Origin: Azolla caroliniana
Taxonomy: Eukaryota > Plantae > Polypodiophyta
DNA length: 64,000 bases
Direction of reading: 5' to 3'
NCBI GenBank assembly: GCA_043228905.1
Contig: JBHGNT010000002.1
Location: 15,872,001 to 15,936,000, forward strand
Shown here piece by piece: positions 52,001 to 64,000 of this stretch. Position 1 is the stretch's first letter; the number at the start of each line of letters is the position of its first letter. A model generated the notes under the pieces. That model did not search any database and was not told the DNA's origin. It saw nothing but the letters and a program-made list of their open reading frames with translations. The translations under genes and the position numbers were made by a program.

Positions 52001-53746
52001 GCCGGAAACCCCCCGAGATACAAAGCCAGGATCGTGGTGAAGGGGTTCCAACAAAAGAAGGGCGTCGACTTCGACGAGATATTTGCCCCGGTAGTGAAGA
52101 TGACCTCCATCCGGACGGTGCTGAGCATAGCGACAAGCATGGACCTCGAGGTAGAACAGATGGACGTGAAGACGGCATTCCTTCACGGTGACCTCGAAGA
52201 AGAGATCTACATGCAGCAACCGGAAGGATTCGAGAAGAATGGGAAGGAGCACCTGGTATGCCGGTTGAAGAAGAGCCTTTACGGACTGAAGCAGGCTCCC
52301 CGGCAATGGTACCGGAAGTTCGACTCTTTCATGACCGACGAAGGGTACTACAAAACACAGTCCGATCACTGCGTGTTTGTGAAGAAGTTCGAAGGAGGAG
52401 ACTTTCTAATACTCCTCCTGTACGTGGACGACATGTTGATCGTCGGACGGGACCAGGTCAAGATACGGATGCTGAAGAAAGCGCTTCACCGAACCTTCTC
52501 AATGAAGGACCTGGGTCCGGCGAGGCAAATACTAGGGATGCACATCATCCGGGACCGGATGAAGAAGCAGTTGTGGCTGTCACAGGAGAAGTACGTGACA
52601 AAGGTGCTTCACCGGTTCAACATGTTGGAAGCAAAACCGGTCGGGTCAACCCTCCCGGCAAACTGCAAGTTGTCCAGCAAGCAAAGCCCCAAGACAAAGG
52701 CTGAGAAGGAGGACATGATGAAAGTACCATATGCCTCTGCCGTCGGAAGCTTGATGTACGCAATGGTGTGTACAAGACCGGACATAGGATATGCAGTCGG
52801 AGTGGTGAGCCGGTACATGAGCAATCCCGGCAAAGAGCACTGGAACGCGGTCAAGTGGATACTCCGATACCTGAAGGGCACGGCAAACGTGTGCCTCCGA
52901 TTCGGCTCCGGTAAGCCCGAACTCGACGGCTTTACTGATTCGGATATGTCGGCTGATGCAGATACCAGCCGGTCCACATCAGGGTATGTGATGACGTATG
53001 CAGGGGGAGTTGTTTCGTGGCAGTCGAGGCTGCAGAAAACGGTTGCGTTGTCAACCACGGAGGCGGAGTACATGGCGGCTGTTGAAGCCGGCAAGGAAAT
53101 AATATGGATGAAGGACTTCATTAGAGAGCTCGGTATCCGGCAAGAGGAGTACCGACTCTACTGCGATAGTCAGAGTGCCATCCACCTTGCGAAGAACGCG
53201 GCCTATCACTCCCGGACGAAGCACATCCAGCGAAGATATCACTGGATCCGGGAAAGGATAGAAGACCAGGAGTTCGTGCTGACGAAGATCCACACGGACG
53301 AGAACGGGTCAGACATGCTGACCAAAGTGCTCACACCCGACAAGCTGGAAGCGTGCCGGAAGAGGGTCGGACTAGAAAGACATCCCATGCCGAAGTGAAG
53401 GGGGAGTTTGTTGGGATTACGGTCCCTCCGGATGGGATGGTCGGATGTCCGGGAATCGGGAATGAAGACCCGAATGAAGAGTACCCAGTATCGGAGCCGG
53501 ATGATGAAGACCCCGGCTACGGAGCCGGATGATGAAGACCCCGGCTACGGAGCCGGATGACGGATGTACCCCGGAGAGAGATCCGGATGCGGGGACATAT
53601 TTGTGAATATGTTTGCCAAGGGCCCTCGTGGCTATATCTGTAAATAGCCCGAAAGTCATATGTGTATAAATATGACTTAGGGCAAACAGTTTTGTGGTTG
53701 TTACTCATTTTTCTGGTTTTCCACTTAGTGGGAGCTAAGTGAGCAG

Positions 53747-53783
<37 letters not shown>

Positions 53784-54046
53784 GAAGAGGTCGTTGCCTC
53801 TGTGTATTACCGCCGCCTGTGGCGAAGACAGTGAGCTCAAGGTTGTTGCCTTGTGGCTTCACCATTGTACATCTCTGTTTATAGTGATAGTTGGAGTTTG
53901 AGGACTCCCGTGGTTTTTCCCATTCAGGGTTTTCCACGTAAAACATCCTGTGTACTCTTCTCTCTATTGTCTTCGTGCATTTTGTATTTCCTGTTTTCTG
54001 TGAGTTGATCCTATTCCTCGGTTGTGGCCGAGCACGGTGTTTAACA
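48628..54046 (+). mobile_element. Young full-length Ty1/copia element, family D
   Basis: LTRs 48628-49293 and 53409-54046, nearly identical apart from two substitutions seen and (AG)n length; TSD CTACA; PBS 49297-49308; PPT 53397-53406. Confidence 0.97.
49325..53398 (+). pseudogene. copia gag-pol polyprotein, one frame with three premature stops
   Basis: CFYCGKPGH, WVVDSGAS, VHTDVC, YVDDML, SDMLTK; stops near 50453, 50975 and 51028. Confidence 0.92.
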
Positions 54047-54837
54047 CTACAGCCTACCCTCCCTTGAGGAGAAGTCTCTCTCTCCCTCTCTCTCCCTCTT
54101 TGTTCCTCTATGTGTCTCTAGGTCTGCATCTTTATGCTGTGTGTCTTTTGTCACTCTCTTGCTTGCATGCAGGAGGAAGAAGCAGATTCAGAAACTGATA
54201 AACCGCAAGGAACTAACAATCGAAAACCTTCTAAATCACTCAATCAAGAGAAACATGGCAAAGTTTGAAGCAAATGGAAACACTAGCCATAGCTAACCTA
54301 TTCTGGAATAGTATATAGTGATGAAGTCACTTATATATCTGGTTTGGTGGCAAGATCTGCCAATGATCCAAGTTTAGAGAAAACAGGAATGCAAGTCATG
54401 AGCAAGGAAGATAAAGTTGCATATGATGGATGTATCGATAGAGTGCTTGTGCTCCAGTAATGGTCTCCATTGATTCTCATGAAGGGTTTGTGGTAGAACC
54501 AAATAGTGCGATCAAGTATTTAACCATTGTAGTAGAGTATATAGGTGATTTAGATTATATAAGCAAACGTAACAGAGACAATGGAGTTAGCATTATTATG
54601 GGTTTACTCCTTACAAATTCTCTAGGTAAGGACCGGGTCATATGTCCTAATAAAAGAGGCCACATTGCTCGATTTAAAACAAGTATCATTAACAATTCAT
54701 GAGAGGAGCCGAACGGATGGAGAGCCGGTTGGTGGATAAAGACGAGCAGTAAGGTAGTCCACCAAGCGACGGCCGAGAAATGGCCGAGAGACAACCGGCC
54801 AAGCGCTAGCTGAGGGACGGTTGCGAGACAAGTGACA

Positions 54838-57800
54838 TGTTGGGAATATGGATCCGAATCGAGATTATTTAAACTTCAAACACAATTACCACTTGATGAA
54901 ACCACAAGACGAAAATGAGAGTACACCAAAATTTTAAGTGGAAAACCCAAAATAGGGAAAAACCATAGGAACCGTAGGTTCCAAACAACTTCACTATATC
55001 TTTGAGTACAACGGAATACGACCTCAATAGAGGGGTGTATCTACCTCAAGGCAATGGCCTTGGTTACAACCTTCACCCAATCGGGTGGATAGAATGACAA
55101 GGATTACAAGCTGCGTACGAACTCTCTAGGTTTTGACTAGAGAAATGTCCTAGCCTCAAGGCAACAGCCTTGGCTACAATCTTCACCCGATTGGGTGGAT
55201 ACAACAATGACCCAGATTATAATTCCTCACCCAACTAGGTGGATAGAAAACCAAAGAAAAAGGAAACTAGAAAAGCATAAAACGAAGAAACCTGAAACAA
55301 GTAGACAGGACAGGTGTTGTTCAATCGTGGTTCTTCGATAGCACGAACAACCACTCGTAGATCTCTATATCTGTGACACTAGTTCACTCTTCCTCTTGCT
55401 CACTCTTTCGTTTTCTAATTCTGTAGAAAGCAACGTGCGGAAGCAAGTATGAAGACCGAACAAAAGGAAGGAAACTCAGGTTCAATGGAGAGCTTGAGCT
55501 TACACGGTATACGCGGGAGAGACAGAGAGAAGACACAAAAAGCTATATTCAACAATAATACTCAGTCTGTACATAAGACGTGCTCAGTGCACATTTTTAT
55601 ACAAGTCCTAGAAGGATTGACCGAAGTACTGATAGTACTTCAATGCTCATCAAGAGCTCCTACACTAACTCCCAAATATATTCCTCACGGAATATCTTTC
55701 CTAACGACCTCCCGGTGTACGCACTCGGCCTAACCGATCGGTCCCAACCGATCCGGTCCTCGGCTTCTTCAGCCGAACCAGCCGATGTTGAGCTTGTCTC
55801 TCAACACTCCCCCTCAAGCTCAACTCGAGGCTCTTCGGGATCCTCGGGCTCACAGCTCCGGTTCCTCCTGGCTTCACGCCTCGCTCACGCTCCTCGACCT
55901 GTTCAACTTCGCGCGCTTCGACCCTTCCGGTCGGCTTGTCTGCTCATGCGGCCCTTAGCTCTTTTGCTGTTGCAGTGTTGACGCTTCTCCTGCTGCCTTT
56001 TCTTCCGCTTGGGCCTCGATTGATTCAGCGTGTCTGAATCAAACATCCGAACCGACTCGGTTACTTCCGATCGGTTTTCGCCCTCGTCCGAGTTGGCTGT
56101 CTCCAACTCGTCTTCGGTCTTCTCGTCCTCGATTGCGTCATCTCCCCCATGCGTGGTTGGCTTCGTCTCTCTCCTTAGGTTGCTCCCCTTCTGTCCGCTT
56201 TCGGACTTTTCCGGGGGTCCGCCCTCGGCTTCTTCAGCCGATCTGAAGTCGAACTCGACAACCGAGTCAACCGACTCGAACTCGGTGTCGCGGTCTCCGC
56301 TCCTTTCCTGTTGCCTTGCTTGGTCGTTCGGGACTGTTCTCCCCCTCAAGTATGGCACGTCAAGGTGACGCAACCCGAGCGCACCTGAGAATTGCCGCAA
56401 CTTGTCCAGACCAAGAGGCTTGGTGAAGATGTCGGCAGTCTGCCGAGCCGTCGGCACGTACTGAAGTTCGACTTCACCGGAAAGGACACGCTCACGGACG
56501 AAATGGTAGTGCACCTCAATGTGCTTGGTCCGTGCATGGAAAACGGGGTTCTTTGCGAGCTGGATGCTGTTGAGGTTGTCGCAGTAGATCGTCGTTGGAT
56601 CTGACACCTCCACTTGCAGATCCTTAAGTAGCCGCTTCAACCATATGGCCTCTCATGTCACGACAGCCGCTCCTCGGTACTCAGCTTCGGTGCTCGACAG
56701 TGCAACTGTCGGCTGCTTCTTACTGCACCACGCGATCGCGGCACTCCCGAGGGAGAACGCGTATCCAGACGTGGATCGGCGATCGACGGCGTTGCCATCC
56801 CAATCAGCATCGGTGTAGCCGACTAACTGGGCAACTGCACCAGTCCGATATAGCAGTTCGCGGTCCTTAGTGCCGCTTACGTACCGCAGTACGCGTTGCG
56901 CACACTGAAGGTGCTCCTCGGTAGGTCGTGCCATGAACTGACTGATCACCCCGACCGGATAACTGAGGTCCGGTCAGGTGATGGTCAAGTATATGAGGCT
57001 TCCGACAATTTGTCGGAATCTCGTCGGGTCGCATACCTTTCCCGTATCGGGACAAAGCTTGATGGTTCTGTCCAGAGGAGTCGAGACGGACTTACAGTCG
57101 GCCATCCCAAGTTTGAAGAGCATACTCAGCACGTAATGACGTTGGCTGATCAATATGCCTTCGGGGGTACGGATCACTTCGATCCCAAGGAAGTAATGAA
57201 GGTCTCCCAGGTCCTTCATGTCGAACGATGCCGCAAGTTGGAGCTTCACACGGTCGATTTCACCTAGGTCGGCGCCGGTGATGACCAAGTCATCAACATA
57301 TAGTAAAATACTAACCGGTCCGAGTCGACCTTTCCGGATGAACAGGGAAGAGTCTGATTTTGACGTGACGAAGCCCATCCGACGCAGTTGTTGCGTGATC
57401 TTCGCGTTCCAAGCACGCGGGGCTTGCTTCAGTCCGTAAAGGGACTTCTTTAGTCGGCATACTGCCGAGGAGTTTGTTCCAGAGTGAAATCCGAGGGGCT
57501 ATACCATGTACACCTGTTCCTCAAGGTCACCTTGCAGGAACGCATTCTTTACATCCATCTGATGTAAGTGCCACCCCTTGGTCGCGGCTACTGCGAGCAA
57601 GACACGGACGGTCATCATTTTCGCGACCGGCGCAAATGTCTCATCGTAGTCGATGTCGTGCTTCTGCGCGTAGCCCTTTGCCACTAGCCGAGCCTTGTAC
57701 CGGTTGACCGAGCCATCGGTGTTGTACTTGACCTTGTACACCCACCTACACCCAATCGGTTTTACCCCTATTGGTGCGTCAACCAGGTCCCAGGTCTCGT

Positions 57801-60800
57801 TCTCCACCAATGCGTGCATCTCTTCCTCCATCGCAGCACGCCAATTCGCGTCTTTAGCCGCTTCTACGTAGCTCTCCGGCTCACGCACTTCCGCTACACG
57901 GGTCATGTACGCATAATGATGCGCCATGTACTCGTTGTAACCGAACCGCACAACTGGGTTCTTTTGGCGGGTAGATCGGCGTAATCTCACATTAGCCGAT
58001 CTCGAGGCCTTCTCGGTCGACGCGGTCTTCATCTTTAAAGACCTATCACCAGTTTCCTCGGAGTCGGACTCGCGTCGATCTGACTCGTTCCTTTCCGTGC
58101 CAGAATACGACACCTTCTTCTTCCCTTTCTCTTTGCGCGTAAGCCGTCTCCTCGGCTTCCTGCGCGGGTAATGCACGGCTGAGTCTCCACTACTCGCCGG
58201 CTCTTCATCGGACTGGTCGTACCGACTGAGTCGTCCAATCGGTCCACTTAACCGGAGTGAAATCGGACTCTCTTCGCGGGTCTCGATTTTGGGCTCATCC
58301 GGAGGCATCTCAGCTTCACTGACCTCATCGTCAGAGCTCGGATTGGAGTCGAGGTTCGTAGTCGGGGGCAGGTACCAGGACGCGGACTCGTCAAACACAA
58401 CGTCGCAGCTGACACGCGCTTGTTTGGTGCGAGGGTTATAACACTTATAACCCTTCTGCTCGTCCGAGTAACCGACCAAGATGCATTTCTCGGCCTTTGC
58501 GTCCAGCTTCCTCCTTTTCTCCTTCGGTACATGCACATACGCAATGCTACTGAACACCCTCAAGTGTCGCAAGTTCGGCTTCATTTCGAAATATAGCTCG
58601 TGCGCCGACACTTTGTCTCCGATCCGGTTTTGGATGTATACCGCGGTCCTTACCGCCTCAGCCCAGTAGAACTTGGGCAAGCTCTTCTCCTCCAGCATTG
58701 CCCATGCCGCTTCCACAACTGGCCGATTCTTTCTCTCGGCCACGCCGTTCTATTCTGGCGTGTATCTACAATTGAATTCGCGGCGAATTCCCATTTGTTG
58801 TAGGTAACCGTTGAATTGACCGGAAAAGTACTCTTTCCCGCCATCCGACCGCAAGCACTTGATCTTTCGTCCCGTTTCGGCTTCCACGAACCCTTTGAGG
58901 TCCCGGAAACAGTCAAAGACTTCGCTCTTCCTCTCAATGAGGTAGATCCACGTGTGCCGCGTGTGGTCGTCGATGAAGGAGACGAAATATCGGCTCCCGC
59001 CAAAACTAACGTTTTGTGCCGGTTCCCATACATCGGAGTGTATAAGGTCGAGCTTGTTCCGGCTCCGGTTTCGCTCGTTGGGGAAAGGAAGTCGGTGTTG
59101 CTTCCCGAGCTAGCAAGCTTCACAAACTTGTGCCTTTCGGCCACTAAACTTGGGCAATCCGAACACTACCTGTTTCGATTGCAGATCTTGAAGCCGTTGG
59201 TGGTTGACATGGCCTATCCGCTTGTGCCACAAGTCGATGTCTGACTCGGTCTTTTGTCCCTTCGCGAACATTGCGGTGCCGCCGTCAGTGGAGTCGAGGA
59301 TGAACATCCTCCCGTCTCTGCGCCCTTGCGCAATCACACGGCCTTCTTCCTCAATGAAGCACCCGAGGTGTGTAAACCGAACCTCCATCCCTTGGTCGAC
59401 GATCTGTCCGACCGAGACCAAGTTTTTCGTGATTGTCGGGGCGTGCAGCACGTTCATGAGTTTCCCTTTCTGCCCGACATGGCTAAGGGGAACTTCTCCA
59501 ACATTCGCGATCAGATGCGGAGTGTCGTCTCCTGTTGCGACTACTCCAGGTTCTATCGGTTTTTCAAGGTACGAGAACCACTCCTTATGGCTCGTCATGT
59601 GGTTTGACGCGCCGGAGTCTACGTACCACACCTCATCCGATCCCAGGGTGTTTTGTTTCATTGAGTTTACTTCGTGTCTCATCACGAAGGCAGGCCCTTC
59701 TCCGGCTCTCCCAGAGTCTTCGGCGTAGTGCGATCACTGCCGATTTCCCTTGTCGGTATGTCTGGAGCCGTTTCCAGAACCAGTTCTCTCCGAATCGGTG
59801 CGCTTCTTCTAGCACTCACTTTCCCTGTGGCCTTTCTTGCCACAGTACCAGCACTCCGCGATGGCCTTCCCTTGCCGGTTCTCATCGCTTCGACTCCCTC
59901 TGTTTCCGGAGGGTCCGGAGTTGCTATCGGGATCACTTCGGTGCCTTCTTCCTTGATCTCGTCGGCCGCTTCCATTGCGTACCGACTCGCCTCGTCCACC
60001 ACGACCACGGGGCCTTTCTCCCTCCGTGTACAACATCTTGTTGTCGGTGTGCGTGCTCGTCGACGCACCCGCGTGGTTCTCCTCTACCATGAGCATCGAC
60101 TGTAAGTCGAAAAAGGACGGTGTATTCTCCCGGGTACACACAGCCGTTCGGAACGCTCCGAACTTCGACGCCAAACCTCCGAGACAGATCTGGACCATCT
60201 CGCTCTCCTCAATGTTCACCTCTATGGAGGCGAGGGAGTCGCAGATATCCTTGATCTTCGAGGTATAGTCCACCACCGACAAGTCGCGTTGTCGTAGGTT
60301 GCTCAACTCCTGTCGGAGCTGAAGCTTCCTGGCTGTGGTGCTTGCGGCGAAAATCTTCTTCAGATTTTCCCATGCACCCTTCGGCATCTTTGCATCCCGA
60401 ACATAGCTCAATAGTTGTTCTCCCACACACGACGAAGCAATACAATACCCTGCTCGCCGATTGCTCCCACGACGGGAAGTCTCTGTGTGTCGATTCGGGT
60501 GCCGCGTCATTAGCTCCTTCGACATAACTCCAGTAGCCGTGCCCGAGCAGGTACTGGTGCATCTTGTAGGACCAAGACGTGTAGTTGGTTCTGTCGAGCT
60601 TCTCTATTGGAAGCGAGCTCGCCATGCCTCTATCCATCGTTCTTCTCGTTCTTCTTCGTCAAGCTGTGTCGGCTGCAGAGAGGTTCTCAACCCTCGCGCT
60701 CTGATACCATGTAGAAAGCAACGTGCAGAAGCAAGTATGAAGACCGAACAAAAGGAAGGAAACTCAGGTTCAATGGAGAGCTTGAGCTTACACGGTATAC

Positions 60801-61300
60801 GCGGGAGAGACAGAGAGAAGACACAAAAAGCTATATTCAACAATAATACTCAGTCTGTACATAAGACGTGCTCAGTGCACATTTTTATACAAGTCCTAGA
60901 AGGACTGACCGAAGTACTGACAGTATTTCAATGCTCATCAAGAGCTCCTACACTAACTCCCAAATATATTCCTCACGGAATATCTTTCCTAATGACCTCC
61001 CGGTGTACGCACTCGGCCTAACCGATCGGTCCCAACCGATCCGGTCCTCGGCTTCTTCAGCCGAACCGGCCGATGTTGAGCTTGTCTCTCAACAAATTCT
61101 CTCTCTCTGTTTTCTGTTCTTCCCACAGTTTTCAATTTTTGCTCTCTGTTTACTCTCAGAAAATTAGGTCACGTTGTCTCTCTTTTTCTTTTTCTGTTTT
61201 TCTCCTATTGTCTTCTTGTAGTCCAACGTCTATATCTGTGTTCACACACACACACAAAAGACACACACCCAAAAAACATACAAAAAGAAAAAAGGCATAC

Positions 61301-61335
<35 letters not shown>

Positions 61336-63297
61336 AAACTAATTATAACTTACCTTAAGCCTATTCGGCGTTCAGCCGACTCAATGTTGTGGGCTCCACT
61401 TGAGTGGACAAGCCCCAACAATTCTCCCCCTCCGTCTCAAGTGGGGGGCACAACCAAGTTTGCCTTTTGTTTGCAAACTTGAAGCTTCTCCCTTGACAAA
61501 CTTTTAGTCATCATGTCGGAGCCATTCTCATTGGTATGTATCTTCTCAATGTGCATTTTCTTTTCTTCAAGCACATATATAATCCAATGGTATCTAACAT
61601 CAATGTGCTTTGACTTAGAGTGAAAGGAAGAATTCTTACTTAAGTGGATAGCACTTTGGCTATCATAATACAAAATGTACCTTTCTTGGGTCAGCCCCAA
61701 CTCTTGTAGGAATTTCTTTATCCATAACAATTCCTTATTAGCTTCTGTGGCAGCAATATACTCGGCCTCCATTGTGGATAATGCCACACATTTTTGCAAT
61801 CTCAATTGCCAAGAGATAACTCCCCCTGCAAAGATCATTAGGTAACCAGATGTAGACTTTCTGGAGTCAACATCACCAGCCATATCGGCATCTGTATATC
61901 CATCTAATATAGTTTGGTTCTCACCAAATTTTAGACAAACTCTTGAGGTACCCATTAGATATCGCAGGATCCATTTCACTGCTTCCCAATGATCTTTTCC
62001 AGGGTTCGAGAGAAAACGGCTCACTACACCAACTGCATGAGCAATGTCCGGCCTCCTGCATACCATAGCATACATTAAACTACCGACTGCAAAGGGATAT
62101 GGTATTTGTTTCATTCCTTCTTGCTCTTCATCACTCGTAGGGCATTGAGTTGAGCTAAGTTTAAAGTGACCCACGAGTGGAGTGTTGACCAGCTTACTCT
62201 TAGCCATGTTGAATCTCTCAAGTACCTTCTCAATGTACTTTTCTTGAGACAACCAAAGTCTTTTGCTTGCCTTGTCCCTGGTTATCTTCATCCCAAGGAT
62301 TTGGTTGGTCGGTCCCAAGTCTTTCATGGCAAAAGATTTGTTGAGTTCCTTTTTCAACTTCTCAATCTTGTGGGTGTCTTGACCAACAATCAACATATCA
62401 TCAACATACAAGAGCAAAATGACAAAATCCCCATCTGGGAATTTCTTAACAAACACACAATGGTCTGTGTTTGTTCTATTATACCCATGGTTCAACATAA
62501 AGGAGTCAAACTTTTTGTACCAAAGTCAAGCAGCTTGTTTTAGGGTGTACAAGCTCTTCTTTAACTTGCATACTAGGTTTTCCTTATCTTTGACTCCAAA
62601 CCCTTTGGGTTGATCCATGTAAATATCTTCTTCCAAATCGCCATGGAGGAAGGCGGTTTTTACATCGAGTTGCTCGATTTCTAGATCGAGACTAGCTGCG
62701 ATCCCAAGTACAACTCTGATCGAGAACATCTTCACCACTGATGAGAAAATATCCTCGAAATCAATTCCCTTTTTCTGGTTGAACCCCTTCACAACCAATC
62801 TTGCCTTGTATCTTGGCTATGAGCAATGTTCCTGAGTCTTGAGCCTGTAAACCCATTTGTTTTTCAGCACTCTTTTGCCCTTAGGTAGCTTTACAAGATC
62901 ATAAGTGTGATTGTCTTGCAAAGACTTCATCTCATCATTCATGGTGTCAAGCCATTCCTCCTTATGATCATTTGCCATAGCTTCTCTAAAGCTTTCTGGC
63001 TCTCCTCCATCTAAAAGCATCACATATTCATGTGGGTTGTATCTAGTAGAAGGTCTTCTTTGTCTCATAGACCTTCTAACCTCTTCCTCTTCTGGAGGAG
63101 CTGCTGAAATGTCACCTAGAGTATGATGGTCATGATTCTGCCCATCATCATAGTCGGCTGCATCATCAACCATATCATCATACTCCTCGGTATCTCCCCC
63201 ATGTCCTTGTGTGTCTAGGGTGGGCATTGGGTGTTCGGTGACTAAAAAATCAAGGGTGAGATCCGGCATTTCATTCGGCTCCAGATCTTGTAAGTTT
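54838..63297 (-). mobile_element. Ty1/copia element, family F: 3' LTR (54838-61420, interrupted) and RT/RNase H; 5' part lost
   Basis: LTR termini TGTTGGG...CCCAACA; PPT 61424-61433; ORFs 61437-62498 (YVDDML) and 62526-62798. Confidence 0.85.
55422..61094 (-). mobile_element. Full-length Ty1/copia element, family B, nested in the family F LTR
   Basis: 385-bp LTRs 55422-55806 and 60710-61094; TSD AATTC; PBS 60698-60709; PPT 55807-55816; gag-pol 60637-55903 with stops and frameshifts. Confidence 0.96.
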
Positions 63298-63863
63298 TGA
63301 GAAATCGATGCGGAATAGATCATAATAAACGAACTACACGCTGAAATACGAATCAGAGAAATGCCAGAAAGACAAGATAAACAGATGTACACAGAGATTT
63401 ACGTGGAAACCCTAAAATGGGGAAACCCACGGGTGAACAGAATCTTCACTATACAAAGTGGATATACAACACTCTGTCGAGTGTATCAGCCGCACAGGGC
63501 TCTTCGTGTCTGCTATTACTCACACAACTATGGCGCGGCTCACTCTCTCTATTGCACACACTGTTCTCTGCACACACATAAAGTTTTCCCTAGTTGTATA
63601 TATATACTTACACAACTTTTTGGCTATTTTACATACATAGCCCTCATGGGGCACACTCTTAAACTATTTACAATTATAGTCTCCCGAGTTGGCTATATAC
63701 ACGATTTTGGTTTCGGCCTCGGCCTCAACCGAGTCCCTCATCAACTCGGCTCCTCTCTCTCAAGTCTCCCCATGAGGGCGATGTATGTAAATAGCCAAAA
63801 AGTTGTGTAAGTATATATATGCAACTAGAGCAAACTTTATGTGTGTAGAGAACAGTGTGTGCA

Positions 63864-63951
<88 letters not shown>

Positions 63952-64000
63952 CCACGCCATAGCTGTGTGAGTAACAACAGACGCGAAGAGCCCTGTGCGG
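63298..64000. mobile_element. Family-E LTR sequences in head-to-head inverted arrangement
   Basis: 63768-64000 is the reverse complement of ~63491-63652 with expanded (AG)n/(GT)n. Confidence 0.75.

Noticed and set aside
49370-53293. Many overlapping antisense ORFs in the copia elements
   Set aside because: Shadow frames of GC-rich gag-pol with no independent motifs

Overview
Eukaryotic, land-plant DNA (probably a seed-free plant such as a fern; this is inference) made almost entirely of nested retrotransposons: several Ty1/copia and Ty3/gypsy families, LINE fragments, solo LTRs and (AG)n tracts, plus one truncated polyphenol oxidase gene fragment. The main result is a ~12.2 kb TIR DNA transposon (13992-26188, 4-bp TSD ACTT, ~34-bp imperfect TIRs) sitting in a chromovirus gag gene. 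It carries a spliced, now pseudogenised gene encoding a ParB/Srx-like domain fused to a bacterial-type beta-class amino (N4-C/N6-A) DNA methyltransferase. That gene is hidden because a copia element splits it at the PYQKP motif. The transposon also holds ten 23-bp palindromes with strictly alternating 9/17-bp spacers and a divergent, 5'-truncated transposase-like ORF. Other points: tRNA-like A/B boxes antisense inside two LTR families, a probable self-priming chromovirus, a PPO gene fragment enclosed between the TSD-matched LTRs of one copia element, and several DNA-repair scars. All calls come from reading the sequence; no searches were run.
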